Source: Chlorokybus atmophyticus (taxonomy: Eukaryota; Plantae; Mesostigma and Chlorokybus algae). Taken from it: 64,000 nt of DNA. The position numbers and the translations under genes are program-made. Below are positions 12,389-25,548 of this stretch, piece by piece (position 1 is the first letter of the stretch; the number at the start of each line of letters is the position of its first letter). Below the pieces are notes generated by a model, which was not told the DNA's origin, searched no databases, and worked only from the letters and a program-made list of their open reading frames with translations. The stretch is from NCBI GenBank assembly GCA_009103225.1, contig RHPI01001965.1, positions 263,114-327,113 of the forward strand, read 5' to 3'.

Positions 12389-12949
12389 TAGTATATCTTG
12401 GAAACGACAAATTGCAAGTGATAACATTAAAAGTAAGCATGACGTTGCACCAAAAGTGTCCCCCCGGATCTTGCTACACACCTAAGAAGATGGACAAGTT
12501 TGACGCTCTATGTCAATGGCAGCGCAAAAGCACCTTATTTTCAAGCCTCGTGTACATGGGCTGGAGGCGTTGAGAGACAAGGAGTACGACTTAATGGTGA
12601 GAACAGCCACTCGGTTTGCCAATCAGCAACATAACATTACTAAGACTTGCAAGATATCTACGGATGAAAGTTTGTTCTCTTTCGCTAAAGGAGCAAAGCC
12701 CGTGTCCCTTATGCTAAGGGCAAGCTTTAGGTTATGGCTCATGTGACCTTGATGAGCAACAACGAAAAGAGACCGTCGGCAGACACGTTGGGCATCTCCG
12801 CGGATATCAAGAACAAGGGGTGACTGTTGACAATGACTTCTTAAAACACATATGTGTAAAAAAGCATGTGCTTCTCAATACGCCAGGTGATTAATCGGCT
12901 GCTTGCCTTAAGCACAATACTATGTGCAAAAGGAATGATGCATATGACA

Positions 12950-14130
12950 CTTGTGCATGTGTGATTGTGCCCAGATTCCATGGTCCCTGGCCACACACTA
13001 CTCAAATGGTATGCAAGTGGTTACCAATGTCATCAAGGGGAGTAACGTTTCTCGGCCAATTGGGATCATGTACCGCCAGTTCTTCACCGTGTATGTGTTT
13101 GTCAGATCCGGAGCTGACATGATTGCTTAATGGTACGGTTATCAAGGCACCTGCAGTTATTATATATAACTCATGTACTCCGACAACGGAATATTTTATG
13201 AGCAAGGCCATGGTGCATAGGCTAAATGCCCTCTTCATCATCACAATCAACTTGTTGTATCATTGGATGAGCATGAAGTCCCAAAGCGTGAGTCAGTTAC
13301 GAATTATGACCGCGCATACCAGGCTACCATGCTAAGCTTTGCTTTTTGGTTATCCCAGTGAACAAACCCGATGTGGATGTTAGTGTTGGTGCTAAGTGGG
13401 AGAGGATTGTTGGCCTACGTACAGATGCTAATACTAAACAGTGCTATATACGCAAAGGTCTAGCATCATGCGTGGTTGGTGTCCAATCCGCACAATTCTG
13501 TATATGCTTGCACCACAGCTAAGGTGGAGGCATGCTCAGGCTTAAAGAATGCACCAAACAGGAAGTCATCAATGCACGTTATGCTATAAATGCCTTGCAC
13601 ACAGCAACGGCGCACTAGCTGCTTCGTCACCTTGATTAACACAAAAAACGCTGTGCAACCCAGATGGCAACGAGCAGAGGTTGTGCACTTTGCCTGCAAA
13701 TGAGAATCCCCGCAATCAGCATCAACAGGCGGGGTGAATGTTCACATGGTATCCGGACTTTACGTCCGTGGAGAACCCATAGATAGGTTGCAACAAGTCT
13801 AGAATGCTGCGCATATCATTATACTTGAATGATGTGTTCAAAAAGTAGGTAATATAGCGCAGGTCCATACTAAGGCGTAGCTTGCGACCCTCAACAATCA
13901 CATTAAGGGGTTACGGCAAGTAGGTGCACCACGAGGGGGGGTGTCACGCATTCTTGTGCGGCCCCACCATGAACCAAGTTGGCAATGGCATTTGCAGTAA
14001 TCTCCGCAAACTCGTGTATACCCTTATGGTTGGTAAATGCCCATTTATGGGGTGGATCTTGAGCGTAGGGTAGCTTGTACCCAAACTCCACCCATGGCAG
14101 GACTATGGTAGACTCACAGAATTGCATGCT
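12950..14130 (-). mobile_element. Degenerate DIRS-type (tyrosine-recombinase superfamily) retrotransposon relic: RT plus probable methyltransferase-like domain
   Basis: Minus-strand pieces NHKGIHEFAEITANAIANLVHGGAAQECVTPPLVVHLL and KVTKQLVRRCCVQGIYSITCIDDFLFG resemble the DIRS RT (YIDDFL). Downstream HELYIITAGALI...LAVHDPNWPRN resembles the DIRS MT-like domain. No recombinase was seen. Confidence 0.62.
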
Positions 14131-15331
14131 AGCACATGGATAAATAATACTTTATAGGCCCCTATTAAGTATTCCCATTGGGGTGCTATTAGCCTAGCAT
14201 CTGCGAGAGGAGCTTGCAATAATAACCTACGCATCAACTACTAGCCAGGCACATGACACGTAGGTGGTAAACTTTTAATGCGATACGCATGATGCCCATG
14301 AACAATTACAACTTAGCTCATATAACTATTTCTAATGGCTCCGATACCAAATATTGCAGCCTATAGAACAACACATCTTATGTATAGCGATTATGGACTT
14401 ATTTGTAAACACGTGATTGTACACCCCCTAACCACCATTCATTTATTAAAAATTATAATGTACGTATGGGTTATTGTTGCTTAACTTTGGTGCAACATTC
14501 AATAGGATCAAAGGCAATCACCTCCCCTTGCCGGGCCCCACGCGCTCGCGAGTAGCTGCCCCCTTAAAGATTAAATGAACTTAAGATTGCTAAAAACTTT
14601 CTCGGTAAAGATCTTTCGGTGAATCACTTTTTGCCCACTTAACTTATGTAAATTGTTTAATCATTTAAGTGCTTGGATTACCATGATCTTCAATCATTGA
14701 AATGGGTACGATACTTAACAACTAAGCAACGTCTAAGATCTTCGTGCGGCGTTGGGAAACGGCGCGCGGTGTGCAATGCGTATACATGCGGAGGATAATA
14801 GGCTAAGGACTTGGCCAGTTTTGTTGCAAATGTCGCGTCGCGGCCGTAAATTCGTTTCTTCATTATGAGCTGAATTTAATCTATTAGTTAACGTTTATGT
14901 CAATTCACTTTATTCTACGCAACATGTAACGAGTGCTACCTCTATAGGGTTCCTCGCCCTTATCCAATATTGGATAAGGGTGCCAACGGATATATGCAGT
15001 CAATTAAGCGGTATTAGGGCCGTTGACCTAGTGTTAAGGCCCTGATGTAGTGTTACTTATCTATAGCTGAAATATCGACACAAGACATGAGTCTGTGTCG
15101 ATATCAACTGTAGGCGGCACTGCTAACGCCGCCGCCGCCATAACCAGAGGATTCTTATGTTCCGGAGTTGCTTGGCGGCGGCGGTGTGGTCGGCGTCGCT
15201 GGTGGCGGTGTTGGGGTAGGGGATTAAAGGGCGGAGGTAGCACCCCCTCTCCTTATACAACCCCTACCTTCGCTGACAAACTTGCCACAAACCAAGCTTG
15301 ATTCACAATTAAGCTAAAGCCCCCCCCCCTT

Positions 15332-15555
15332 NNNNNNNNNNNNNNNNNNNNNNNNNNNNNNNNNNNNNNNNNNNNNNNNNNNNNNNNNNNNNNNNNNNNN
15401 NNNNNNNNNNNNNNNNNNNNNNNNNNNNNNNNNNNNNNNNNNNNNNNNNNNNNNNNNNNNNNNNNNNNNNNNNNNNNNNNNNNNNNNNNNNNNNNNNNNN
15501 NNNNNNNNNNNNNNNNNNNNNNNNNNNNNNNNNNNNNNNNNNNNNNNNNNNNNNN
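15332..15555. other. Assembly gap (further gaps at 39641-39769, ~40208-40215, 49158-49371; single Ns near 9534 and at 37473)
   Basis: Runs of N, most flanked by poly-C or poly-G tracts. Confidence 0.98.
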
Positions 15556-16131
15556 CCCCCCTCCAATAAAAACTTATCGATTCATAGCTTCAATATAAGT
15601 TAATGAACTATGTAATTCACTCTTGTAATAATTCAGCTGGTTCTCTTTTCCTTGGGTGAACTACTGTCGTGAATTATATGTTCATTCATTTATGATTAAC
15701 CGTGATCCAACTTTAATGCATGGTTTGAGTTGAGATTCAGTGAATTATTCACAATTTGTATCATGTATATATATATATAGTTGTGCCACGGGTTGTTCAT
15801 GTAATCAGAATTATTGGGCACTTTACGAACAAAAACCCCTTCTGCTTGGCGGCAGCCATGCATTCCATTGCAGATGCATTTGAATGCGTAGTGTCGCGGG
15901 GTTTGACGAAAAACAAAGCATACATGTTTTCGGCGCTTGTGTGTGTGACGTGTGACGAACAATTTGGGGCACTAGTGTGTGTGTGTGTGTGTATGTGTGT
16001 ACATAAACTTGCATAGAAACTTATGACTCCCGGACTTGGCATACACGGTGTTCAATGGCTCATGAAAGTTTTAATCGCGTGCGCTGATTCGTCATCACAT
16101 AATGTAAGTAGGAATAATTGAACGCTATCAA

Positions 16132-16383
16132 GAGTATCAACCGATCTCAAGATTGTCAATAATCACATTATCAACGGCTTGTATTCTTACACATAGCCAG
16201 AATGGTATTTAAACATACGAGTATCAACCCATCTTTCGATTGTTAATAATTACATTATCAACACCTTTCAATATCACACATGGCCACAATAGTGTTCAAG
16301 CGGTTACCGTTGCAATAACAAATACGGCTTACATGGCCATAATAGTGTTCAGGCGGTTACCGTTGCAATAACAAATACGGCTT
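16132..16383. repeat. Two adjacent direct-repeat pairs (~44-bp imperfect pair; 53-bp near-perfect tandem pair)
   Basis: gagtatcaacc...cattatcaac occurs at 16132 and 16220. acatggccayaatagtgttcargcggttaccgttgcaataacaaatacggctt occurs at 16278 and 16331. Confidence 0.85.
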
Positions 16384-17482
16384 ACATGGCTATAGCTTAC
16401 CTTTATGCTAGCAAATGTGGATACGTAATGTAGCACTGCGTTAAGGCCCTTAACGGACGATCCATGAGACATGAACAATTTACAAAAGCATGCCACTTTA
16501 ATATTTACTTATTGCTGGAATAGATTTTGGCTTGACAAGCGGAACTCTCATTGCGCGTTTACATATTTTAAGAATAGGGTACCACTCAAGTGAAATTTTA
16601 CTCGCCCTTTACGCGTCAAAGAGATGCTTGCATCCACAATTCAAACGAGGTTGATAAACGAATTACAGCAAATATTAACCCCCCTCTCCGCCCCTCCCAC
16701 ACACACGTGAGCATGCACATGTGTATATATGTGGTTAATAAGGCCCCATGTGTCAGCTGGCACACGGCGGTTTACTTATTGAATTATTATGATCATAGCG
16801 AAGTGTGAAACAGCAGGTACAGGTTGAGGTTGCTGTAGGCCAGGAGACAAGATCATCGTGCCAACAGACATGCACACCACCAACTTGCGAAACAACACTG
16901 CACTTGTGCATGTGTGATTAATACAATAACAAGTCAATGTATCATAAACCACTCGATTCCATGCAAAGATCTTGACATCAAATGCACATTATTAATATGT
17001 CAACTATGTAATGCCGCGAAATCTTCGTTGATCGGAACTGTAGTTGCGCACTTTATGATGTCTTTATCAGATATTCACCGACCATCCTTATACATTATTC
17101 ATGATAGTATATAATATCATTGAGCATGCTCAAATGCATAGGTATGCGGGGTTGAGAGCAAACAATACCAACTTTTGGGTTGGTGCAACATGTAATTCCG
17201 CGGCACTATAGACTGTCACATCAACCCCACGCAAATCGTCGCGAATTCAATGTACATCCACGTGTGGATACACAGATTACCGAGAAAAGTACACCTTGCA
17301 TTACCGAGAGAAGCACACATGGCTTGAGCCTTGAGCACGGGTTGCTAGCTCGTGCGCAGCAAGCCAAGCGAAGACCTTATGCTGTCCAATCCAACCCATT
17401 TTGCCATGCAAGGCAGGGGAGTTGAAGCTGATGGCGACCGCAGCCCAGTCTTGTTCACTCTTGTGGCCGGCGTCTGAGGGTG

Positions 17483-19037
17483 ATGGAGGCGGCGATGGAG
17501 GCGGCGGGGTCGGGCGACGTGGCGCACTGGGAGGCGCTGCCCGAGGAGCGCGCCATGCAGTACGCCCGCCACGCCCGCGACGAGGACGGCCGCACACCGC
17601 TTCACCGCGCCGCCGCCGCCGGACACGCGCACATGGTGGAGCGGCTGCTGGGGCGAGGCGGGGCGGTGGGTGAGGCCGACGAGGAGGGGTGGGCGCCACT
17701 GCACTCGGCCGCAAGCAGCGGACACACACGCGTCGTCAAACTCCTCATCCAGGTACATCACCACCCCTCGCAATGCCTCATCGCACACCAGCCCGCGCTC
17801 ATGCATGGACATTGCCAACAACGAAAAGATCAAGGCCGGCACATGCCTACGGCACGGCAGGCTGTCAAGGCAGAGGTGCGGGCATAGCGGGTTGCGTGCT
17901 TGTGTGCAACCAGTGCCGCCATGACCGTGCCCTGCTCTGTACCTACCAGTAGCGCAACCACTGCCACGAGGCACACATCCAGTCAGGGCCACCATCCTCA
18001 TGCCGATTACAATTACAATTACACGCGCAAGTGTGTACCGTGCCTTGTTTGTTTGTTTGCGAAAGTCTTCGGCCGAGCCATTAGCAGTCGTTACCAGTCT
18101 TGGAATGCGCCTGGTACCCATGTCAATCGGTGCACAACACCATCATGCTTTTGAATGGGCGGTCTTGGTTTCTAGCGGTAGCTGCAGGAGCATCCATTCA
18201 TCAGCATCCATCCTGTTCACGGGGGGATAGTTACCAACATACTGCATGCACAGGTGGATTGGTCATGCACTGCGCAGTTGCTTCAATCACATGCGTGCCT
18301 CACTTGCTGATTCCGTGGCTTGGGGTTGCTTGGCAAGGCAGGGGCGGACGTGGATGCTGTGAACGCGGGCGGGCGCACGGCCCTGCACTACGCAGCCAGC
18401 AAGGGCCACGCCGACATCATACGCACACTCCTCGCTGCAGGGGCCAAGGTAACAACGTCATAAGCGTCGACATCACATTGCAATTGCAGCCAAGGCATCA
18501 TCATCATGCAGGTGAACAGGAAGGACGGGATTGGGGCCACCGCGCTGCACCGAGCCGCGGGTGCGGGCGAGGTGGAGGCCGTGCGCGTGCTTGTCGAGGA
18601 GGGCCGCGCCAGAGTGGACGCGCGAGACGGCACAGGAGCCACACCCCTCGCCATTGCCGGCGCATGCGACCACGCGCAGGTGCAGTGTTGTTGTCGCCTG
18701 CGTTGTCTTCGTCAGTTATGGCATGGATGATGGTACTCATAGCGTTCTCCCCATTGTGTGTGCAGGTGGCGTCGTTGCTTGTCGAGCGGGGTGCGGACGT
18801 CCAAACGGAAAACACTGACGGCGAGGGCGCCATGAGGTACGTGGTGCCGTCGTAAACAACAAGTTGTGAACAACAAGTTCACTATCCTACATTGGTAGCT
18901 GTGCTCATAGTCGATTGCACACATGCATTCACTTGCTTGGCAGTTCGGCCACTCAGTTGGTGCAAGACGCGGTGCGCAAGACGATCTTGCGCATGCGGCA
19001 CGAGGGCACTGCACAGGAAGACGAGATGGAGGGCTGA
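17483..19037 (+). CDS. PSMD10: Ankyrin-repeat protein, gankyrin/26S proteasome non-ATPase regulatory subunit 10-like (5 exons)
   Basis: Spliced exons (17483-17751, 18338-18448, 18512-18679, 18766-18836, ~18942-19037) give successive ANK repeats (GRTPLHRAA, GWAPLHSAA, GRTALHYAASKG, GATALHRAA, GATPLAIA) and end ...EDEMEG*. The LHYAASK and ATALHRAA motifs match gankyrin. Confidence 0.75.
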
Positions 19038-19712
19038 TCATCATCACACCAACAGCAGCACACACAGACATGATGCATAGTGCAGCCCATACATATGGTG
19101 GGCAATGGCAGACATGTGCTGGAGCACCCTGCTGCCAGCAACCACCTCAGAAGCGTGCCAGTGAAGCAGGGCCCGCCCTGGCTTTTCAGTTGAGGAGTGT
19201 GTGTGTGCCCAACTCGCAGCTCGTGGACTGGGTCCTGCGAGAGATTCATACTGTGTATTGCCACACAGTAGTAAAGAGCTGTATTGGTCAATGTCTATGT
19301 TGCAAGCAGCATGATTACAATCCTAATCCAGAGCGGGCGCGAGTTGCACACTCTCCAGCTTGGTGAGCACGAGGGGCATGTGCAAATGTCTGCATGCCAG
19401 GAACAACAACAGTCAAAGAGCCTACGCTTGCGTAGCTGAAAGCATGCGTATAGGACTAGTGCTACAAAATTTAGATGTCAGCAGCTTATTGAGCCAAGCC
19501 GCCAGCGATATCGTTTTGGACAGGCGGATGTTGAGACTAGTGCGATCCGACCCTCGTGGGCTTGCTGCTGCACCCGAAGGACAGTACGCAGCAGCAAGAA
19601 AGAGTACAAAATTGTTCCTCGGCAGCATGTCTGTGGTGCCGGAAAAGAATGGGTGGGGGCTGTGCCAGTATTGGGGGCAGGTGTCAAAGGCGATGGTGCA
19701 TGTTCGTATGTA

Positions 19713-22700
19713 TCAGGGATGGAGGAGGTTCTGGAAGATGGAGCTCTGGTTGGTCAGCAAGTAGAGCACCGTGAACACGCCGTACAATGCAAACATGGTG
19801 ATGCCGAGCTTCCGTGTCACCGTCCTGCCAGCACACGCGTTGAGGGTGATCGCACAATCTACCCAATTCAGAGAGGGACGACAGTTTGTCCAGAGCAGTA
19901 GTGCGTGTGCGCGTACCATCTTGTGAAGAACGGCATTGCCACAACCGCGAGAAGCAGCCCGAGGAAGTGGAAGGCGAAGAGCAGCATCATGGGCCCGCTC
20001 ACCGCCACCGTCAGCGGGTGCTTTGCCGTCACCTGACACATGCACATTGCATCAGATTGTGCAAGTTCAAGTCACGAAAAGGGAATGGAGCGGCAAGAAT
20101 CTGTCCCCGCACCATGATGAGAGCGGTTCCGAGGCTTCCCATGAGGTTGAACATGGGCCCCGCAAACACAGCGGCCATGACCATAGTGTAGCCTCCGTGC
20201 CGCATCACAGCGATGTCCGCGATCACATCGCCCAGCGCGTTGCCCCACGAAAGCAGCTGCGCATGTGACAACGTGTTAATTCGAGACAGCGTTTCACGTA
20301 CACCAGTGCAAGGTCAGATAATATATCATACATACCGTGACGCCGAGGAACTCCTGCGAGAGCTTGGCAACGCTGCCGGTCACCTGGAACAGCGCGATGA
20401 GCTCCGTGGCCACGAGGTCCATCCATACCATCGACTGGATGAACGCCGCCAGCGTCAAAACCATCGCGTATGACGGTGGCCGCCTGCACCGCCACGCAAC
20501 ACATAAGCCACGGACTCCTTGACATTCCCTACTTGACATGCCCGCCAACAGACTCCACACAATGCTACCACCGACCAATGGCCACGCACACGCGTGCCAG
20601 CAAGCGTGTCTCACCCGTCGCGTGGGTACGTCTTGTATATGACTGCGCTGAAGAAGAGTCCGACGGCGGCGCCGTAGACGTACGCGTCTGCGTGTAGGTC
20701 GACCTCCTGCGTGAGTACGAAGAAGAGCGGCCCGCAGACGGGCATGGCCATGACGAACGGCAGCGAGCTGTACTCTCCCTCGGCCACCTCGGGCGCGGTG
20801 ACGGACATGACGGCGTGGACGGGCAGGGTGATGGGCAGCGCCAGCCTCTCCCACAACGCCTTGCGCGACCACTGCGTGCAGCGCTCCCACACCCGCCCCG
20901 CCCGCCGACCCCACCTACGCGCACCTTCGCGCCACGCGTGTCGCTTCTCGAACAACTCCAGCACGTCGTCGTCGCCAGCGTCGCACTCGTACGACGAGTC
21001 CTCGCACTTGCGCGAGGAGGCGTACGAGTGCGAGGGCGAGTGCGACTGCGAGGGCATGAGTAAGGGTAGATTGAGCGTGTGGTCTGCGAGCCAGTGTCCG
21101 TGGTGGGACGCGCCGGGAGAGGGCTCGCCGCTTTTGATCAACTGCTGCTGCTGCCGCGCCTCCTCGCGACGATGGGAACGCACGCTGTCCACGACAACGT
21201 ACACCACGTACACCACGTAGTAGGACACCAGCACGATGGCGTGCCAGAGGAAGATGCGACGCGAAAGCACGATCAGCATGAACATCAGAAGACCCACACA
21301 GTCTGCGCACGCATGGACGTGTGAGTGCGTATGTATGTGTGCTCGTGCGTGTGCCCATGTCTATGAGTGCATGCGTTTGCATGCATGCGCATGTGTGTGT
21401 GTATGCCCGTGTGCAAGTGCATGCGTGTGCGTGCGTGCATCCCACGTACAGAACAGGACGTCTCGTAGGTAGGGTCTTGGTTTAATCGTGACGGGTCGCG
21501 CCGGCGAGAACACCGCGACAACCCAGAACACGACGCAGCATATGACGAGGTTCTGTCCCAGCGTGGACGCAACAGCGAGGTCGAGCTGTATGACCGGTGT
21601 CTGCACCAGCGCTGCGATCTGCGAGAAGAGGTCCGGCCCGCCGTTGCCGATAGCCAACAGCGTGGCCCCTGCTAAGTCCTGCGGCATGCGCAGCCACGAG
21701 GCGATGTTCTCCAGCGCGGGACAGAAGAAGCGGTCCGCCGATGCCGCCAGCACGTAGAACAGCACACATGCAGCGAAGATGAAAGATAGTAACAGCAATG
21801 GACGGGGCCAGCCCGCCTCCGCGCCGCAGTAGTACAGAGCGTAGTAGTTGACGAAGTTTTGACGCGATACGCACTCGGGAGCTTCGCTCACGTACGCGCA
21901 TGAGGTAGCGTAACCGGGGTGAGAGCGCGCGCGGCATACGCGCAGCGTCACATTGGAACCCGCACCTCCGCCGCCACGCTTACGCCTGCGTGGGTGCGTC
22001 GGGTTGGCACGACGCGCACACGCTTTCGTGCATACCAAATCATCGCACGCGCACCACTATATGCAACAACGACCCGGCAACCCTGCTAGTGAGGCGTGCG
22101 CAAGTGCTACGAGCAATCTTGCCTTCGTCCCGCATGTGTACGTTCAGTGGCAGTAGCATATACAACACACAGCTAACTGGCAATTGGCAAACTCCTCACA
22201 GCAACCAGCTCTCAGCTACCTTTGCTTCAAGCTCGGACAGCACAAAGTTCTAGTTTTGATTTCACTTCTAGACTTAGTTTTAGTGCTTCAGCCCTCGTCA
22301 CGAGGACACGCGCAGTTGTGACACTGCTGAGTTCCTAGCAAGCTCTGCGTCGCGCACAACTGCAGCCACCACCACTACCACCCACTGCTGGGTCCAATGT
22401 AGCTCTAGAGTGATTGGGTGGCATACACCTTACGCCATCGTTGCGAACGATCATACACACCAGCCAAGCCATGACCCATTCTACTCGTGGTCCTGCCAAT
22501 CTACACTTACTTGTGGTGGTAGAGGGGCGGCAAGACTCGGCTGGGTCCCAGATCCGTCCCATTCGCATACACCACACCAGAGTACTCCTCACCCTCGTCA
22601 TCATCGGATCCCTCAAACACGACTGAAGTGAGAGCGCGCAACCAGCCATTCTGTGACCTCACAGCAACGCCAACGCCGCCGCTGTCAATGCCATCGCTGG

Positions 22701-22776
22701 CAGCGGAGGCGAGCCGCACTAGCAGCACCAGGCTCAGTACTAACAGCAGCAGCGGTGAGAGAGGCGTCTTCGTCAT
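19713..22776 (-). CDS. CCX: Cation/Ca2+ exchanger (CCX/NCLX family, CaCA superfamily), multi-exon
   Basis: Signal-peptide-like start MTKTPLSPLLLLVLSLVLLV at 22776. Contains NFVNYYALYYC, ADRFFCPALENIASWLRMPQDLAGATLLAIGNGGPDLFS (alpha-1 repeat) and WGNALGDVIAD...AVFAGPMFN (alpha-2 repeat). Confidence 0.92.
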
Positions 22777-24549
22777 GCTTCCGGCGGCATGGCGACAGCA
22801 CTGCTGTGCACGTGCGCCCCGTGTCGCTGCCCTTGTCGCAGACGTCGTCGTCGTCGTCTTTGTTGCTGTTGCTGTTGCTGTTGCTGTTGGCGGCGGCGGC
22901 AAGGGAATCTTTGTGTCTGGTCCCTGCATTCTTGTAGCGCGGGCTGTGTTGCCATTTCCGGCATCTCGTGAATTCTTGTTACTGACCTGTGGAATGGAAC
23001 AACTGGCGCAGTAGACCAGATTTGCTGCGAGCGCCGTTTACAAATCAACAACCGACTTCCCGAAACGCGAGTGGCAACATAACGTGACTGCTGGTAGTTA
23101 GTTAGTCTGCCACAATGCATGAATCGTTGCCAGCGCAGCGACGGCGGAATTTGTGTGAAGTCCTCACGTTACCGCTGGTGCTTGACTTGGTCCACACGGC
23201 AAACTGCCACGGGGTTGCCTTACTTACTGGTTAAAGGGCGCAGGTTACCGCGCTCTGCAGAGATTCGAATAGCAGGCATTGCGCTGATCGAGCGCGACGG
23301 CTGACGTGGAAAGCAGGCAGCCGTGTCGCTCATGTTGCGGGAGGGCGCCTGGATGTGAGCAAAAGCAAGGTGACGGTGGGCCGAACACAGGGGCCACAAA
23401 GATGCACACAAGCAAGCACTCAACCAATATCAACCCAAGCAACAAGGCACAGCTAGCTAGCTTGCTAGCTATGGGGCTGGACCTAAGTGCGCGCAAGGCA
23501 GTGAGGCAGGCAGCAGCAGCTATGGTGAACCTATCAAACTACCTGCACAAGGTACGGGGCAGGCAAACGCTATAATGAGGCGTGGATGGCAAAGCTGGCA
23601 AGGAAGGCAAGGATAACAGTGACGACGACAGTGCTGATGAGGACGTCCAACCCCTCACCGCCGGAAGCTGCGTGGCTGTCCTTGTACCCGTCTCAAACTC
23701 ACTACAACGGCTGCAGGCCACAATAGCCGTTGGGTTTTAGAGTTAGGGTGAGACAGGCCATTTGCAGCAAATGTGAGACGCCAAGCATACAGCGGGCATG
23801 TGAAGTAATGCTCTCCACTGGTGGTGACAACTACTCACCCATCGTTGCCAGTAGCGGCAGCTGCAGCAATGACATGAAATAAATGCCTATATATGGAATT
23901 ATACGCGAAACCTAGTCTCGTCCACATCACCGCTCGCGGCCTGGACAGCATAGTGCGTTTGTTGTATCCCATAGCTTGCATATCGTCCAACAGCTTGGAT
24001 ACTTCCTCGAGCATATGTAGTGTAGAGAGTTACGGGCTCTGGGTGCAGGCGAATAAAGCAAATAGATGCAAAGAATCCAAGCTGCCGATTGCTTTGCCAA
24101 CATATTGTCGTGTGGTCGCAGTCAATTGTCCTTGCCTGCATTGTAGTCTTACCTCTACTTCTCTCTCTCCTCTTGCTCCACCGCCTGCAGGTACTACAGT
24201 TGCTAGACGCTGCGGCCGCCGTCATGCCCATGCCTCATCAGCACTTAGCGCAGCCCTCTGAGCTTTGTAGGCTGCTTGTGATTAGCTACTTTGCTTGCTT
24301 GGCTGAGTGTGCATGTGTGACAATGCTTGTGATTGTCATTGTGTTTGCAATGTTATACCCAACATGGTAAGTGCACTTGCATACCGTTTATAATGTACAT
24401 ACAATGCAGCGTGCGTATGCTCATGCATTTGACATGCAAGAGTGTGACTAACATACGAGTATGAGTAACACCCAATTACCACCAACATGTTTACCACCGG
24501 GTTTCTGTTCTACTTCACTACTACTACCAACACTAACACAACCACCCTA

Positions 24550-25300
24550 TAAGACATACATGGCATGCATGGGTTAGTCAGTCTTTACCTGTACACGTGA
24601 CGCAGCTTGCATCTTTTGTACACATGGTATATCCTATATACAAGAGCTTCAACGGTGGTTTGCAAGCAATCGTTAAATAATGGTTAGACGTCGTTTTTGA
24701 TATTGAAATACCTCAAAATATACACCACATTTACAGCAGCTTGCGCTGTGCAACAATTAACGTGCATCGGGTTACGATTATAAGCACGATAGCAATATAA
24801 CAACATTTATACCACCGCACGATTACATGTGCAGCTTTATTACAAATGCCAAGTGTTTATCATGAAATCGCTCATGAAGAGTTGTTGGACATTACAAACA
24901 CGAGTCGCATTGAAACATTCTGCTCTCAACTGACACATAATGTCATCTCAAGCTTCCATCAAACCATCAAGAGTTTACCGTGCCTACAATGCCAGACACT
25001 TCAGATCTGTTGAGTGATTTGCGATCTGACAGCCCCTCACTGGAAAAGCACCAAAGCTGATGCAACTCATGTCCCGCAGCATAAAGACCTTACCGCAATA
25101 TCACTGTGCAAGTGGTAAGCTAGATTGTTACTGCCATGTGCTTACATAGTATACCCACTCCAGCAGATATTCGAGCCACAACAAACGACTCGGCTGAACG
25201 CTCCATCGCCCAGCAAGCATGCATGACCATTACCCGGCTCAAAAGGAGATTTGCTACCCCGCAAGGTAAGAGGAGAGGAGTATCAAGTAAAGGCATGCTG
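24550..25300 (-). mobile_element. Possible highly degenerate MULE/Mutator transposase relic (SWIM zinc finger)
   Basis: The minus strand reads ...SCTCNRAVV(x)KCCYIAIVL near 24780-24850, a CxC-x8-CxH-like spacing. A SNNL motif lies upstream. Many stops. Confidence 0.3.
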
Positions 25301-25548
25301 TGCCGTACTGGACACAACACCACCGCTTTCTCAATGTGTGCATCATGGGCTTTGCATATATATATACACTGTGCTCCGAGGTTGCAACGATTGCCAGGCG
25401 ACCCGACAACTGCGTGCAAGTGCTGCTGTCCACATACAAGCACGCCCACTGATGCAACGCTTCGCACCGCAGCAATGCTGTATCTGAGCAACAACGCGTG
25501 TGCAGTCAGGCACTTATCCACATTGTCAACGGCCTGCTGCAGCCAGCA

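Noticed and set aside
12000-12900. Tyrosine recombinase of the DIRS relic
   Set aside because: No R..HxxR..Y catalytic pattern could be read on either strand.
23630-23660. Hammerhead ribozyme core (CTGATGA GGAC GTCC); other CTGATGA hits near the PLE also inspected
   Set aside because: None is followed by stem II plus GAAA with closing stems I and III.
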